Assembly: GCA_048885525.1 (NCBI GenBank)
Contig: JBHLLP010000008.1
Span: 32,001 to 96,000 of the forward strand
DNA length: 64,000 nucleotides
Origin: Candidatus Hermodarchaeota archaeon
GTDB taxonomy: Archaea > Asgardarchaeota > Lokiarchaeia > Sigyniarchaeales > SOKP01
Direction: 5' to 3'
The notes beneath the pieces are model-generated. The model was not told the origin of the DNA, made no database searches, and saw only the letters and a program-made list of their open reading frames with translations. How positions within the stretch are numbered: position 1 is the stretch's first letter; each line of letters starts with the position of its first letter. Made by a program: the position numbers and the translations under genes. This document shows, piece by piece, positions 18,066-27,805 of the stretch.

Positions 18066-18251
18066 ATGAGCTTAGAAATTAGTGATGAAACCAAGAAACA
18101 AATTTTCGAATTAATATCAACTCCAGGAATTGAGATTGATGATATTATCAAAAAAGTAAACTTAGATTGCGATACTATATTGAATATTTTATCTGAGGAG
18201 TATTTAAAACATGATTTAAATCATGGCCGTAGGCTATGTTGTAGGTTTTAA
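18066..18251 (+). CDS. Small hypothetical protein, HTH-like, ending RRLCCRF
   Basis: Isolated 61-aa ATG ORF with protein-like composition. Confidence 0.6.
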   Translation: MSLEISDETKKQIFELISTPGIEIDDIIKKVNLDCDTILNILSEEYLKHDLNHGRRLCCRF

Positions 18252-18455
18252 ATTACTTTTAAATTAATAAAACTTTTTAATTTTCTTTAATTTATTAAAA
18301 CACTAAGTTCAAAAAATATTATCCTAAAAAACTTAGGACGCTAATTAATGCGGTTTCAATATAGATTATATATTGAAATAGAAATTAAATTTATTGCGTT
18401 CTTTGATTTTAGATATTTTTTAACTATAATAGAATAAGAAAAACAGTGAGATTGA

Positions 18456-18950
18456 GTGAGTGAAAAAGGAAAAGTTGTTGTAAAAGCGTTGGTAACTGGG
18501 GGAAGTGCTAGTGGTGGCCCTCCAATTGGTCCTGCTGTTGGTCCCACAGGCATAAACATTAAAGACGTAGTAGATGAAATCAACAAGCAGACAATGGTAT
18601 TTAGGGGACTTACAGTACCTGTTAGAATTGAATGTAATCCAGAAACTAAGCAATTTGAGATTTTTATTGAAACCCCTTCTACAGCATCATTATTACTAAA
18701 GGAAGCTGGTGCTGAAAAAGGGAGTTCTGCTTGTTCAGAAACAAAAATAGGAAATTTGACACTTGATCAAGTTCAAAACGTAGTAGATGCAAAAAGAGAT
18801 AAGTTCTTAGATAAGACGTATAAGGCGGCTTTAAAAACCGTTTTAGGAACTGCTTTATCAACGGGATTAACAGTTGAAGGAGAAGATCCGAGAATAATTC
18901 AAAAAAGAATTAGTAATGGAGAATATGATGATAGAATAAGGGGTGAATAG
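18456..18950 (+). CDS. rpl11: 50S ribosomal protein uL11
   Basis: GGSASGGPPIGPAVGP, TPSTASLL. Confidence 0.95.
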   Translation: MSEKGKVVVKALVTGGSASGGPPIGPAVGPTGINIKDVVDEINKQTMVFRGLTVPVRIECNPETKQFEIFIETPSTASLLLKEAGAEKGSSACSETKIGNLTLDQVQNVVDAKRDKFLDKTYKAALKTVLGTALSTGLTVEGEDPRIIQKRISNGEYDDRIRGE

Positions 18951-18956
18951 TAAAAC

Positions 18957-19685
18957 TTGAAAGTGGATGACAAATTATTAAAAAAGTCTTTAAATGCTGC
19001 TATAGATTTTTCTGTAATTAGAAAAAAAGGATTTAAAGATAAAGTAAGAAAATTTGATGAGTCAATTGATCTTATTATCAACATTAAAGATATTAATCTA
19101 AATGATCCTAAAAACAGGATAGATAAGGAAATCATTTTATCAAATGAAGTAATTACAACTGATAAACCTAATATTTGTGTAATTGCTTCAGATGAAATTC
19201 TACTCGAAGCGCAAAAATTGGGCTTAGAAACTCTTGATTTAGACGGTTTAATTAATTTAAATAACGAGGAGAAAAAATTTAAGAAAAAATTTGCGAAAAA
19301 GTATGACTATTTTGTTGTAGAAGATAAAATGATGAGGGATGTTGCTCGTTATTTAGCAAGATTTCTTGGACCTGTTGGTAAAATGCCAAAACCTTTCCCT
19401 ACGGGATATGGAATCATTACTAGTCCTGATGATTTAAAGGTGGCTTATGACAGATATAAAAGGGTAATTCGAATTCAAATGAAAAAGCACCCAATTATAT
19501 TCACTAAAATTGGTAAAAAATCTATGGATCAACAAAAATTATATGAAAACTTGAAAACAGTTATAAATTTTATCGCTGATCAAATGCCACATAAGTTTAA
19601 CAATTTTAAATCAATGTATCTTAAATCAACAATGGGAAAACCCATAAAAATAACAGAAGATTTTCTTAAAAGTATTGAGGCGTGA
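18957..19685 (+). CDS. rpl1: 50S ribosomal protein uL1
   Basis: RKFDESIDLIIN, LGPVGKMPKP, YLKSTMG. Confidence 0.95.
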   Translation: MKVDDKLLKKSLNAAIDFSVIRKKGFKDKVRKFDESIDLIINIKDINLNDPKNRIDKEIILSNEVITTDKPNICVIASDEILLEAQKLGLETLDLDGLINLNNEEKKFKKKFAKKYDYFVVEDKMMRDVARYLARFLGPVGKMPKPFPTGYGIITSPDDLKVAYDRYKRVIRIQMKKHPIIFTKIGKKSMDQQKLYENLKTVINFIADQMPHKFNNFKSMYLKSTMGKPIKITEDFLKSIEA

Positions 19686-19689
19686 AAAA

Positions 19690-20583
19690 ATGATAAAAAA
19701 CAAACACATTCCAAAATGGAAATCAGATGAGATTGATCATTTAATGGATTTATTTAAAAATTATAAGAATGTTGCGGTAATAGAAGTTGCTCATATTAAT
19801 GATACGCAATTTCAAACTATGAGGAAGATTTTAAGAGGAAAAGCGGTATTTAGAATGTCTAAAAAGTCACTTCAATTACGAGCAATACAACATTTTAAAA
19901 AGGAATCTAAGAAGGAAAATCTAGATGAATTTGCAGAGCATATACCTGGTCAATCAAGTTTAGTTTTTACAAATATAGACTTATTTGAATTAAAAAAGAT
20001 ATTTCTTGAAAATGAGTGGATGGTTCCCGCGAAACCAAATGAAATTACTCCCGTAGACATATGGGTACCTGCGGGCGATACAGGGTTACCTACAGGACAA
20101 GTTATTAGTGAATTAAATATGACTTTAAGATTACCAACGAGAATTATGAATGATACCATACATATTCGTGAAGATACAAGAACGCATAAAGCAGGTGAGT
20201 TAGTCACTGTTAAACAAGCAGCAGTTTTGAAAAAATTAGGAATTACACCCATAGAATCATTGATTAAAATTCATTTTGCTTGGCGCGATGGTGAAATAAT
20301 CCCAGTTGAAGTCTTATATATGGATATGCAAAAATTTAAACAAGATTTTGCTAGAGCTTATCAAGAAGCACTTGGAGTTTTATTCAAGATGCCCTTTTTC
20401 TTAGAAGACATGACTGAAGAATATTTTCGAAAAGCAACATCTGAAGCCAATTTAATAAATTCGATTATCTTTGGAGAGGATATTCAAGTTTCTGACAAAG
20501 TTGAGTCCAAAATTGAAGAGAAAGAAACCGAAGAGGAAGAAGAAGAGGGAGAATCAGTTGGCATTGGAGGATTATTTGGATGA
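19690..20583 (+). CDS. rpl10: 50S ribosomal protein uL10 (P0)
   Basis: IPKWK, MRKILRG, VPAGDTG, acidic tail ending GIGGLFG; start trimmed to ATG 19690. Confidence 0.95.
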   Translation: MIKNKHIPKWKSDEIDHLMDLFKNYKNVAVIEVAHINDTQFQTMRKILRGKAVFRMSKKSLQLRAIQHFKKESKKENLDEFAEHIPGQSSLVFTNIDLFELKKIFLENEWMVPAKPNEITPVDIWVPAGDTGLPTGQVISELNMTLRLPTRIMNDTIHIREDTRTHKAGELVTVKQAAVLKKLGITPIESLIKIHFAWRDGEIIPVEVLYMDMQKFKQDFARAYQEALGVLFKMPFFLEDMTEEYFRKATSEANLINSIIFGEDIQVSDKVESKIEEKETEEEEEEGESVGIGGLFG

Positions 20584-20654
20584 TTTAAAATTTTTATAAA
20601 TTCTAATTAAAAATAGAAAGATAATGTTAAATAAATAAAAAGAGGTTAGAAAAT

Positions 20655-20945
20655 ATGGAAAGTATTTACGCTGCCTTATTATTACATAAAGCAGAAAAAA
20701 AAATAAACGAAGCAAATTTAGAAAAAGTTTTGAGCGCAGCAGGGGCGAAGGTTGATAAAAATGAAATAGCCAAGCTTATTGCTGGATTGAAGGAAACAAA
20801 TATTGAAGAAATAATAAAGTCAGCTGGTGCAGTATCAATAGCAGCAGCTCCAACTAGAGATGTTATTAAGGAGACTGAAGATAAAGCGAAGAAAAAAGAA
20901 GAGAAAGAAGAAGAAGAACCTACGGGTATTGGTTCACTCTTTTAA
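20655..20945 (+). CDS. rpl12: 50S ribosomal stalk protein P1 (L12)
   Basis: IYAALLLHKA, VLSAAG, acidic tail GIGSLF. Confidence 0.95.
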   Translation: MESIYAALLLHKAEKKINEANLEKVLSAAGAKVDKNEIAKLIAGLKETNIEEIIKSAGAVSIAAAPTRDVIKETEDKAKKKEEKEEEEPTGIGSLF

Positions 20946-21221
20946 CCCAGCAACTGAATTAGAACGACGGATTAATTTCAAAAAACTGTTTGTAAATTTG
21001 AACCAGATATAATGAATCATTAATTTAAAGATAAAATTTCAATGTTTATTATTTAATATTTTACTATTGTGCTAAGATGTTGTTAAAAACGTTAAATTTG
21101 AATCATAAACTTTTTTTAAAATTCATTTTTTTTTATATTACATTTTAAATTAAAGATTTTAATTTAAATAATTTAAAAATTTTTCTCAAAATACGAAAAA
21201 AACTCACGCGGTTGATTAGAT

Positions 21222-22700
21222 ATGGCTGGAAAGTTCCTAAGATTCTTCTCACCATTCGTAAAGGCGATGCCAGAAATCAAACAACCGCAGCGTGAAGTTA
21301 CATTTAAAGAAAAATTTATTTGGACTGCTCTTGTTCTCATCATTTACTTGATATTAAGTAATATTCCTTTATATGGAGTAGAACTAGAAGAATCAACTGA
21401 TTATTTTTATTGGTTACGAGTCATTTTAGCAAGTCAAAGGGGAACGCTGACAGAATTGGGCATCGGTCCAATAGTCACGTCTGGTCTTATTATGCAATTA
21501 CTTTTAGGCTCTCGGATAATTAATGTGAATATGTCTGATCCATATGATAGAGCTATGTTTAGTGGAGCGCAAAAAGTACTTGCAGTGTTTTTAACAATCT
21601 TTAACGCTGCAGCATATATCCTGGGAGGTGCATTTGGGGCATTATCTGAAATTGGTGCTTTTGGAGCAGTTTTTATTTTTATTCAATTACTATTCGCCGG
21701 AATAATTATAATATTATTAGATGAATTACTACAAAAAGGATGGGGTCTTGGGAGTGGAGTCTCCTTATTTATAGCAGCGGGTGTTGCGGGCCAAATTTTT
21801 TGGAATGCTTTCAGTTTCGTCCCTGCTCCTGATGGTGTTTCGAGAGGTATTGTCATAGCTTTCTTTTCTGTGATATTTGATGGAGACGCTAGCACAAATC
21901 TAGATATGCTTTTATTACGTGGCGCCTATCCCTCATTAATAGGAATAATTACTACAATTGTTATATTTTTGATGGTGATTTGGTTTGAATCTACCCGAGT
22001 TGAGATCCCGCTTGCATATCGTGGTTATCGAGGATTTAAAGGAAAATATCCTATGAAATTACTCTATGTCTCCAATATTCCGGTAATTTTGGTTAATGCA
22101 TTATATGCTAATGTTTTATTCTTTGGACAACTTTTCGCTGGACCTTATTCAGGAGTACGAGCGAGTAATGGAGGACTTATTCAGGATTTTTGGGTCGATT
22201 TAATAGGAAGATTTCGTATTGAAGAAGGGACTGGTCCTGTTGCAGGAAACCAACTCGTACCAACATATGGCTTAATTTATTTACTTACTCCACCGTTGGG
22301 AATTGATCAAGTAGCCTCAGATCCGTTCCGAGCAGTTTTTTATCTGTTAGTATTTGTCTTTCTTTGTATAATGCTCGGTCGTGTTTGGGTTGAAGTTTCA
22401 GGTCTCGCTCCACGGGACATTGCGAATCAGATAATAGATTCAAAAATGCAAGTTCCTGGATTCAGAAGTTCATCAAAAATTATTGAGAGAATTTTGAAAC
22501 GATATATACCAACGTTAGTGATATTGAACGGAATCATTATAGCACTGCTGAGTTTCACAGCAGATACTCTAAGAGCATTAACTTCAGGTACAGGGCTTCT
22601 AATATCAATAGGAATAATTCATAATTATGCCGAGACAATATCGAAAGAGCTCGCGGCGAGTCAATATCCTGGCATGAGAGCAATGCTTGGAATGGATTAG
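21222..22700 (+). CDS. secY: Preprotein translocase SecY/Sec61-alpha
   Basis: GTLTELGIGPIVT, DELLQKGWGLGSGVSLFIA, YPMKLLYVSNIPVIL, GFRSS, RYIP. Confidence 0.97.
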   Translation: MAGKFLRFFSPFVKAMPEIKQPQREVTFKEKFIWTALVLIIYLILSNIPLYGVELEESTDYFYWLRVILASQRGTLTELGIGPIVTSGLIMQLLLGSRIINVNMSDPYDRAMFSGAQKVLAVFLTIFNAAAYILGGAFGALSEIGAFGAVFIFIQLLFAGIIIILLDELLQKGWGLGSGVSLFIAAGVAGQIFWNAFSFVPAPDGVSRGIVIAFFSVIFDGDASTNLDMLLLRGAYPSLIGIITTIVIFLMVIWFESTRVEIPLAYRGYRGFKGKYPMKLLYVSNIPVILVNALYANVLFFGQLFAGPYSGVRASNGGLIQDFWVDLIGRFRIEEGTGPVAGNQLVPTYGLIYLLTPPLGIDQVASDPFRAVFYLLVFVFLCIMLGRVWVEVSGLAPRDIANQIIDSKMQVPGFRSSSKIIERILKRYIPTLVILNGIIIALLSFTADTLRALTSGTGLLISIGIIHNYAETISKELAASQYPGMRAMLGMD

Positions 22701-22859
22701 TTAAGATAATTTCTTTTAGAAATGGTAATACTGCCAATTTTATGAATTTGTGTCAAAAATGTTAATTATTATTGGTATCTTTAAAACTTATAGAAATATT
22801 TTATAAAAAAAACCTTATCTGAAAACTTTATTACAATTTCACTATAATTAAATATTGAT

Positions 22860-23462
22860 ATGTTCGCTATAATATATCAAAATGCATTTTTGGATTTAAT
22901 TACTACTCCTCCCGGGTCAATGATATTCGTTTTACTGTTATCTTTAACAACAGCATTGATAAGTACTCTATTGACAAAGTGGTTGGTAGACACTGAAGAA
23001 ATAAACCGTAAACAGACGCAAACCAAAATTCATGAAGAAGAAAAACAGAAGATCATTGAATTGGCTGAAATTGACCCCGAACGTTATAGAAAAGCTCGAA
23101 AAAGATGGGAACGCAAAGATGCTATGATAAAAAAGTCTCAACAGAGGATGGCACTTCAAAGGATGAAACCAACATGTATAACCTTTATTCCGATGATTAT
23201 TATTTTTGGTGTTGTAAATACATTGTTTAGAGGGGCTCCAGTTGCACTCAGTCCTATGCATGCTAATGATATTCCTTTGATAGGTAATTTTATCAGTGCT
23301 GGTAATGTTTGGATAAATTTTACAGCATGGTATTTTTTATGTTCCTTAGGAATTAATACACTCACACAAAGATTGCTGAAACTTCAGTCACAAGCTTCAG
23401 GGGGCATGGGAGGAATGTTCGCAGGCCAAAAGGCAAAAGCTTTAGAGTTTCCAGATGTTTAA
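22860..23462 (+). CDS. DUF106 / EMC3-TMCO1 (Oxa1 superfamily) membrane insertase
   Basis: TM - coiled coil - MKP..TFIPMIIIF - WYFLCS; typical position after secY. Confidence 0.88.
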   Translation: MFAIIYQNAFLDLITTPPGSMIFVLLLSLTTALISTLLTKWLVDTEEINRKQTQTKIHEEEKQKIIELAEIDPERYRKARKRWERKDAMIKKSQQRMALQRMKPTCITFIPMIIIFGVVNTLFRGAPVALSPMHANDIPLIGNFISAGNVWINFTAWYFLCSLGINTLTQRLLKLQSQASGGMGGMFAGQKAKALEFPDV

Positions 23463-23466
23463 AAAG

Positions 23467-23566
23467 CGCAGCTGATGGGATTTGAACCCATGAGTGCATT
23501 GCACACTGGCTTTCTGGGATAAATTCCGCTCCAAGCCAGCGCCGTACCAGGCTAGGCTACAGCTGC
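23467..23566 (-). tRNA. tRNA-Ser(GGA) with 17-nt intron at 37/38 (23512-23528)
   Basis: Acceptor GCAGCTG/CAGCTGC, G73, long variable arm, GTTCAAATC T-loop, anticodon stem CTGGC/GCCAG, BHB helix UUGG/CCAG. Confidence 0.9.
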
Positions 23567-23619
23567 TAAAAAAATTTTTATTTATTTTTGAATTTATTAT
23601 AACTCACTACTTTTTTAAA

Positions 23620-23892
23620 CTATTTTATTGGGATAGAAACAATTTCTTTCATTTTCTTTTCTAATTTTGCTTTTTTAATCGCTGCTTCTATTTCCTCATG
23701 CGAAGCTCCTTTTTTAATTTCTACAATTTCCTTGATTGGTTCGATGTGTTTATAGTTTACTCTTCTTCTTCGGACTTTTAATCCATCAATAAGAAGGTAA
23801 TTTTTATCGATAATATCAACAACTACACAGTGATATCCCGCTTCTCTTCCCATAGTCTTTACGCATAATCTTCCAATATCATATACACTCAT
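23620..23892 (-). CDS. rpl14e: 50S ribosomal protein eL14
   Basis: GRLCVKTMGREAG..VVVDIIDKNYLLIDG..VRRRRVN..HIEP; start trimmed to MSVYD. Confidence 0.95.
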   Translation of the reverse strand: MSVYDIGRLCVKTMGREAGYHCVVVDIIDKNYLLIDGLKVRRRRVNYKHIEPIKEIVEIKKGASHEEIEAAIKKAKLEKKMKEIVSIPIK

Positions 23893-24032
23893 ATAATTTG
23901 TCACCAAATTACTTTTAGATACCAATTAATTACTGGCAATGATAATTATCCAGTAAACATAAATAATTTTTAGTAATTTTAAAAATAATTACAAAAATAA
24001 AATTTTTATGTTTTTCAAAACATAAAAGTGAA

Positions 24033-24566
24033 TTATAACTTTTCTAAGGTATTAAGAATTTTTTCTGCGATTTCCTCAACTGTAAGGTTTTCTGTATTTA
24101 TTATAAGGTCATATATAATATTTAAATTCTTTTGATCACTCAAATCAAAACCATAAAGATTTTTAAATCGTTCTAATTCTGATTTTTCTCTCAATTTAGT
24201 CTCTTTTAACTTTTTTTCATAATTAGTATTATCTCTTTCAGCCATCCGTTTAACTCTGATTTCGAGAGGGCATAATAATAAGATTTTAAAATTGGCTTTA
24301 GATTTTAGAAGATATCCACTTAATTGGCCATCAATAATTACATTTCCTCTTTGAGCAATTTCATTTATTTTATCATCTAGTTTTCTATCAATATTTGGAT
24401 TTTTTTCTACATACTTAGTAAATTCTTCTAAAGTCATATTCATTTCTTTTGCTAGATCTCTAAAAGCTTGACCCGTACTATAGAATTGGATGCCTAAGTT
24501 TTCAGCAATTAATTTTCCTATTGTAGATTTTCCAGTTCCATGCAGTCCTGAAATGGTTATAATCAT
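24033..24566 (-). CDS. cmk: Cytidylate kinase, archaeal type
   Basis: ITISGLHGTGKST, FRDLAKE, IDRKLD, YDLIINT; between eL34 and eL14. Confidence 0.93.
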   Translation of the reverse strand: MIITISGLHGTGKSTIGKLIAENLGIQFYSTGQAFRDLAKEMNMTLEEFTKYVEKNPNIDRKLDDKINEIAQRGNVIIDGQLSGYLLKSKANFKILLLCPLEIRVKRMAERDNTNYEKKLKETKLREKSELERFKNLYGFDLSDQKNLNIIYDLIINTENLTVEEIAEKILNTLEKL

Positions 24567-24669
24567 TTTTTTGGATATTTTAAATTTTAATATTTATTCA
24601 ACTAAAAAATATAATATTTATGATTTTTACTATTAAATCAAAATGATTATGAAAAAAATAAGAGTTTTG

Positions 24670-24939
24670 CTATTCTCTCCAAACAGCTTCTTTTATTAAA
24701 GTTTGAAGACAATTTGCGCAATATCTTCCACTTTCCAATCTATTCGCCCTTCTTGAAGTCATTTGCGTTTTAACCATTTTTGAAGGTCGTAATCTAGGAA
24801 TAGATTGAATTGGTCTTTTACAAATCGCACAATTTGCTCTTTTGGGTTTTCTTCTCCAATAATGAGTGACATTTCGGTTTCCTGGTGTGTTTAATTTTTT
24901 CCTTGCTTGAGCTTTGGATCTTAATCCGGGACGTGTAAT
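24670..24939 (-). CDS. rpl34e: 50S ribosomal protein eL34 (ATT start; missed by ORF track)
   Basis: (M)TRPGLRSKAQARKKLNTPGNRNVTHYWRRKPKRANCAICKRPIQSIPRLRP..YCANCLQTLIKEAVWRE*. Confidence 0.92.
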   Translation of the reverse strand: MTRPGLRSKAQARKKLNTPGNRNVTHYWRRKPKRANCAICKRPIQSIPRLRPSKMVKTQMTSRRANRLESGRYCANCLQTLIKEAVWRE

Positions 24940-25027
24940 TGCGATTACCTTTTGTATTTTTCAAATTACTAATTAAATTATATGATGTTAAATAACAGAA
25001 AAAATATTAATTTTATCATTTCAATTA

Positions 25028-25648
25028 TTATTTAAGATTTAACCTATGTTGAAATTCTTTAAATATTTGGTATAAATCATCTATTAATTTTTCTTTTAAT
25101 TTAGTATTAGATGTAAGTTCATCAATTTGATTTATAATATTTTTTTGTATTAACCTAACCTTTTCTAACAAATTATCTAATCCGGGAAATTTACTTAAGT
25201 TGTGTATCAATTCATCAAATAAATTAAAAATCAAGTCTTTTTTTATTAAACCCTCTAAAGTTAATGCGTCCATAATAGTTATAAAAGAGGAGGTTATTTC
25301 AGAGGTAATACCCGGTAATTCTAAGAAAGTATGATTTTTTTTGGTGATATTTTTATCAGATAAGTTTAATGTAGAAACTCTGTTTATGAGATCTAATGCT
25401 GAGTTATATTCTTGTGATAGATTCATTGTTTTTAAGAGATCGGGTAGAGGAATTTTTTTTTCTTTTAATATAAAATTTAACTTTAAAAGATTGTTCATCG
25501 CATTTTTTAAAGCCTTTCTGAAAAAATTATCATTTACTATCCCTTTTTGATACTTATTATTCAAATTTGTTATTGATTTAACTAAAGCAAATAGTTCAGA
25601 TTCAATATTGAATTCTATATCTGAGGTGTTATTATTATTCTCTACCAT
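25028..25648 (-). CDS. Vps28-like (ESCRT-I) protein
   Basis: ESELFALVKSITNLNNKYQKG resembles Vps28 N-helix; ITSEITSSFITIMDAL resembles the Vps28 C-domain; start trimmed to MVENN. Confidence 0.72.
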   Translation of the reverse strand: MVENNNNTSDIEFNIESELFALVKSITNLNNKYQKGIVNDNFFRKALKNAMNNLLKLNFILKEKKIPLPDLLKTMNLSQEYNSALDLINRVSTLNLSDKNITKKNHTFLELPGITSEITSSFITIMDALTLEGLIKKDLIFNLFDELIHNLSKFPGLDNLLEKVRLIQKNIINQIDELTSNTKLKEKLIDDLYQIFKEFQHRLNLK

Positions 25649-25712
25649 TTTAAATTTAAATATGTAAAAAAATACAATTTTTATATAACATTCGGAGTAA
25701 AAATTAATAAAT

Positions 25713-26615
25713 CTAACCAAATAATGATGGGCGTAAAAAATAGAATATAATCGCAACTATTATTCCAATAATTATTGTAGGGATTAATACTCGTGTGGTA
25801 GAAGAATTACTTAATTCTCTTATAGCGAGGGTCATCAAAATAGGGACCCATGATGCAATAGCTATTGCATCAATGATATCTAATGCTGCCCAAGTTCTCG
25901 CATTGAATAATTGATCAATATTAACAGCATCTACAGTTGGAAATCCAACAAGTATAATTAAAATCTTGATAGCATTTAATAATAAGAAAGGTGTGAATGC
26001 ACATAACATCATTTTAAATTTGTATGAGCCTTCTAGTTGTAACATCGTGCCACCTTTATAAATACTAAATGGGCTTATTTCTGTTTCTTTAAATTTTTCT
26101 TTTTGTTCTTTTACTCCTCCAAAACGTTTTTCTAGTTTATCTGTGAATCCTACTGCATAATTAGCACCTTTAGTAAATAACCATATTAGAATTCCAAAAA
26201 ATATAGTTTGAAAACAAAATCCGAATATAAAAAATGCTCCAAAAAAACTAAAACCATATAAAAAATGAAGAAGTGATAAGGGTGGAGCACCAGCAAATTC
26301 AAAATGAGAAAAGAAGGCTAAACCCATTAGTCCATATAATAATGAAGAAAATAATAAAATTAGCCATCCAGGTGCTTTACTTCTTTTATGGTTAATATCA
26401 AAAAAAGCCTTCGGAGGGTTCACGAAAAGATAAAGAATCTTCAAATACAATGGGTATGGAGTTGTCCATTCTGCTTCATATCTCCTAAAAAATCTAATAT
26501 TTTCAATCTTCTCGGTTTTTAATCTAATACCACAAAAATTGCATGCAAAACTATCAGCACTATTTTCATTTCCACACCTAGGACAACGTTGAAACGCTGC
26601 AACTGTCTGAGACAT
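25713..26615 (-). CDS. Zinc-ribbon plus Yip1-like multi-pass membrane protein
   Basis: CPRCG..CNFCG; LFVNPPKAFFDI; about 5 TM. Confidence 0.7.
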   Translation of the reverse strand: MSQTVAAFQRCPRCGNENSADSFACNFCGIRLKTEKIENIRFFRRYEAEWTTPYPLYLKILYLFVNPPKAFFDINHKRSKAPGWLILLFSSLLYGLMGLAFFSHFEFAGAPPLSLLHFLYGFSFFGAFFIFGFCFQTIFFGILIWLFTKGANYAVGFTDKLEKRFGGVKEQKEKFKETEISPFSIYKGGTMLQLEGSYKFKMMLCAFTPFLLLNAIKILIILVGFPTVDAVNIDQLFNARTWAALDIIDAIAIASWVPILMTLAIRELSNSSTTRVLIPTIIIGIIVAIIFYFLRPSLFG

Positions 26616-26737
26616 TTTTACAAGTAAGGTTTATTAATTTCTATAATAATCATATAATAAAATAATCTTATAAAAATTTCTTCAATTTTTAATCTTCTCG
26701 TAGTATTACCTATCTTTAAATATCAGTTTTTATCTAA

Positions 26738-27799
26738 TTATTGGAATTCTATAATAAAATGGTTATCTTCTTTTATAATTTTATATTTCCTTCTTAAGAA
26801 AAATTTAATTAGTTCTAGATTAGTTTGCGTATGACTTGTAACTTTGAGTACTTTTATTCTTGAGGCTTCCTTAACAAAACCCATAAAAGCTATTAATTGG
26901 TCACTTAGATAATTGTCTATGGGAATTTCTTTTTTAATGTATTTAATTAGTTCATTCGCAGCGATTCTACCGAGATCTTCCGAAATAATCTTCCGTTCAC
27001 CGAGAATGGTTCCAGATGAAATTATAGCACCTGTATCAGTATTCGCCCAAAGATGAAGACCTACTCCGGGACTTAATGAATCTACATAATTATTATTAAT
27101 CTTGACATCTATTTTAAGTTCTTTTTTCAATTGTTGTTGAATAGATTTTTTTATTCTTTCACCAACTTCTTTTTTTTTTAATTGATAAGTAGTAATTATT
27201 TCACCTTGAACTAAGTCAATATTTCCTAATTCAGTTAAATTTATAGGTTTAATATTGTTTTTAGAAGGATAAAGAGTACATTTTACAAGAGCGCCTCCTT
27301 TAGGGTAAAAACCATGTTTTTGTATATCAATATCAATTTTAAAACCATGAGTTCTAAAAATCTTATAAGTTACTTCTTTAAGATAATTAAGGCTCGGAGC
27401 ATATTTGCCAAAAGTTCCCCCTCCATTTACAAAAATCTCAATCTTTTCTGGGTTATTGAATCCTAAACATGCAATTTGAATTGGTTGGAGTAATAATCCT
27501 ATATTTCCAGCAGTCCCAACCTCAACCGTGATTTTGCTTTTTATTAATTGATTAGGATATAATGTAATCTCATTAGTTCCAACAATACAATCTGATAATG
27601 TACTATTTGTTAATTCTGATAAGGTTTTTAATCCTAGTAAATGTTGTAACCTTAATCCTGGTTTAGATCTATTAGCCCTTATATTTTTTATTCGAATTGG
27701 GCGCTGGAATAATATTGAAAATCCTGCTGCTATTCGAACAATTGAGCCTCCACCTTCTCCAAAGGAACCATCAATTTCTAAATGTTGATCTAATGGCAT
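26738..27799 (-). CDS. rtcA: RNA 3'-terminal phosphate cyclase
   Basis: IDGSFGEGGG, IRANRSKPGLRLQHL, GFYPKGG, YLSDQL, TSHTQTN. Confidence 0.95.
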   Translation of the reverse strand: MPLDQHLEIDGSFGEGGGSIVRIAAGFSILFQRPIRIKNIRANRSKPGLRLQHLLGLKTLSELTNSTLSDCIVGTNEITLYPNQLIKSKITVEVGTAGNIGLLLQPIQIACLGFNNPEKIEIFVNGGGTFGKYAPSLNYLKEVTYKIFRTHGFKIDIDIQKHGFYPKGGALVKCTLYPSKNNIKPINLTELGNIDLVQGEIITTYQLKKKEVGERIKKSIQQQLKKELKIDVKINNNYVDSLSPGVGLHLWANTDTGAIISSGTILGERKIISEDLGRIAANELIKYIKKEIPIDNYLSDQLIAFMGFVKEASRIKVLKVTSHTQTNLELIKFFLRRKYKIIKEDNHFIIEFQ

Positions 27800-27805
27800 A
27801 GAGTA

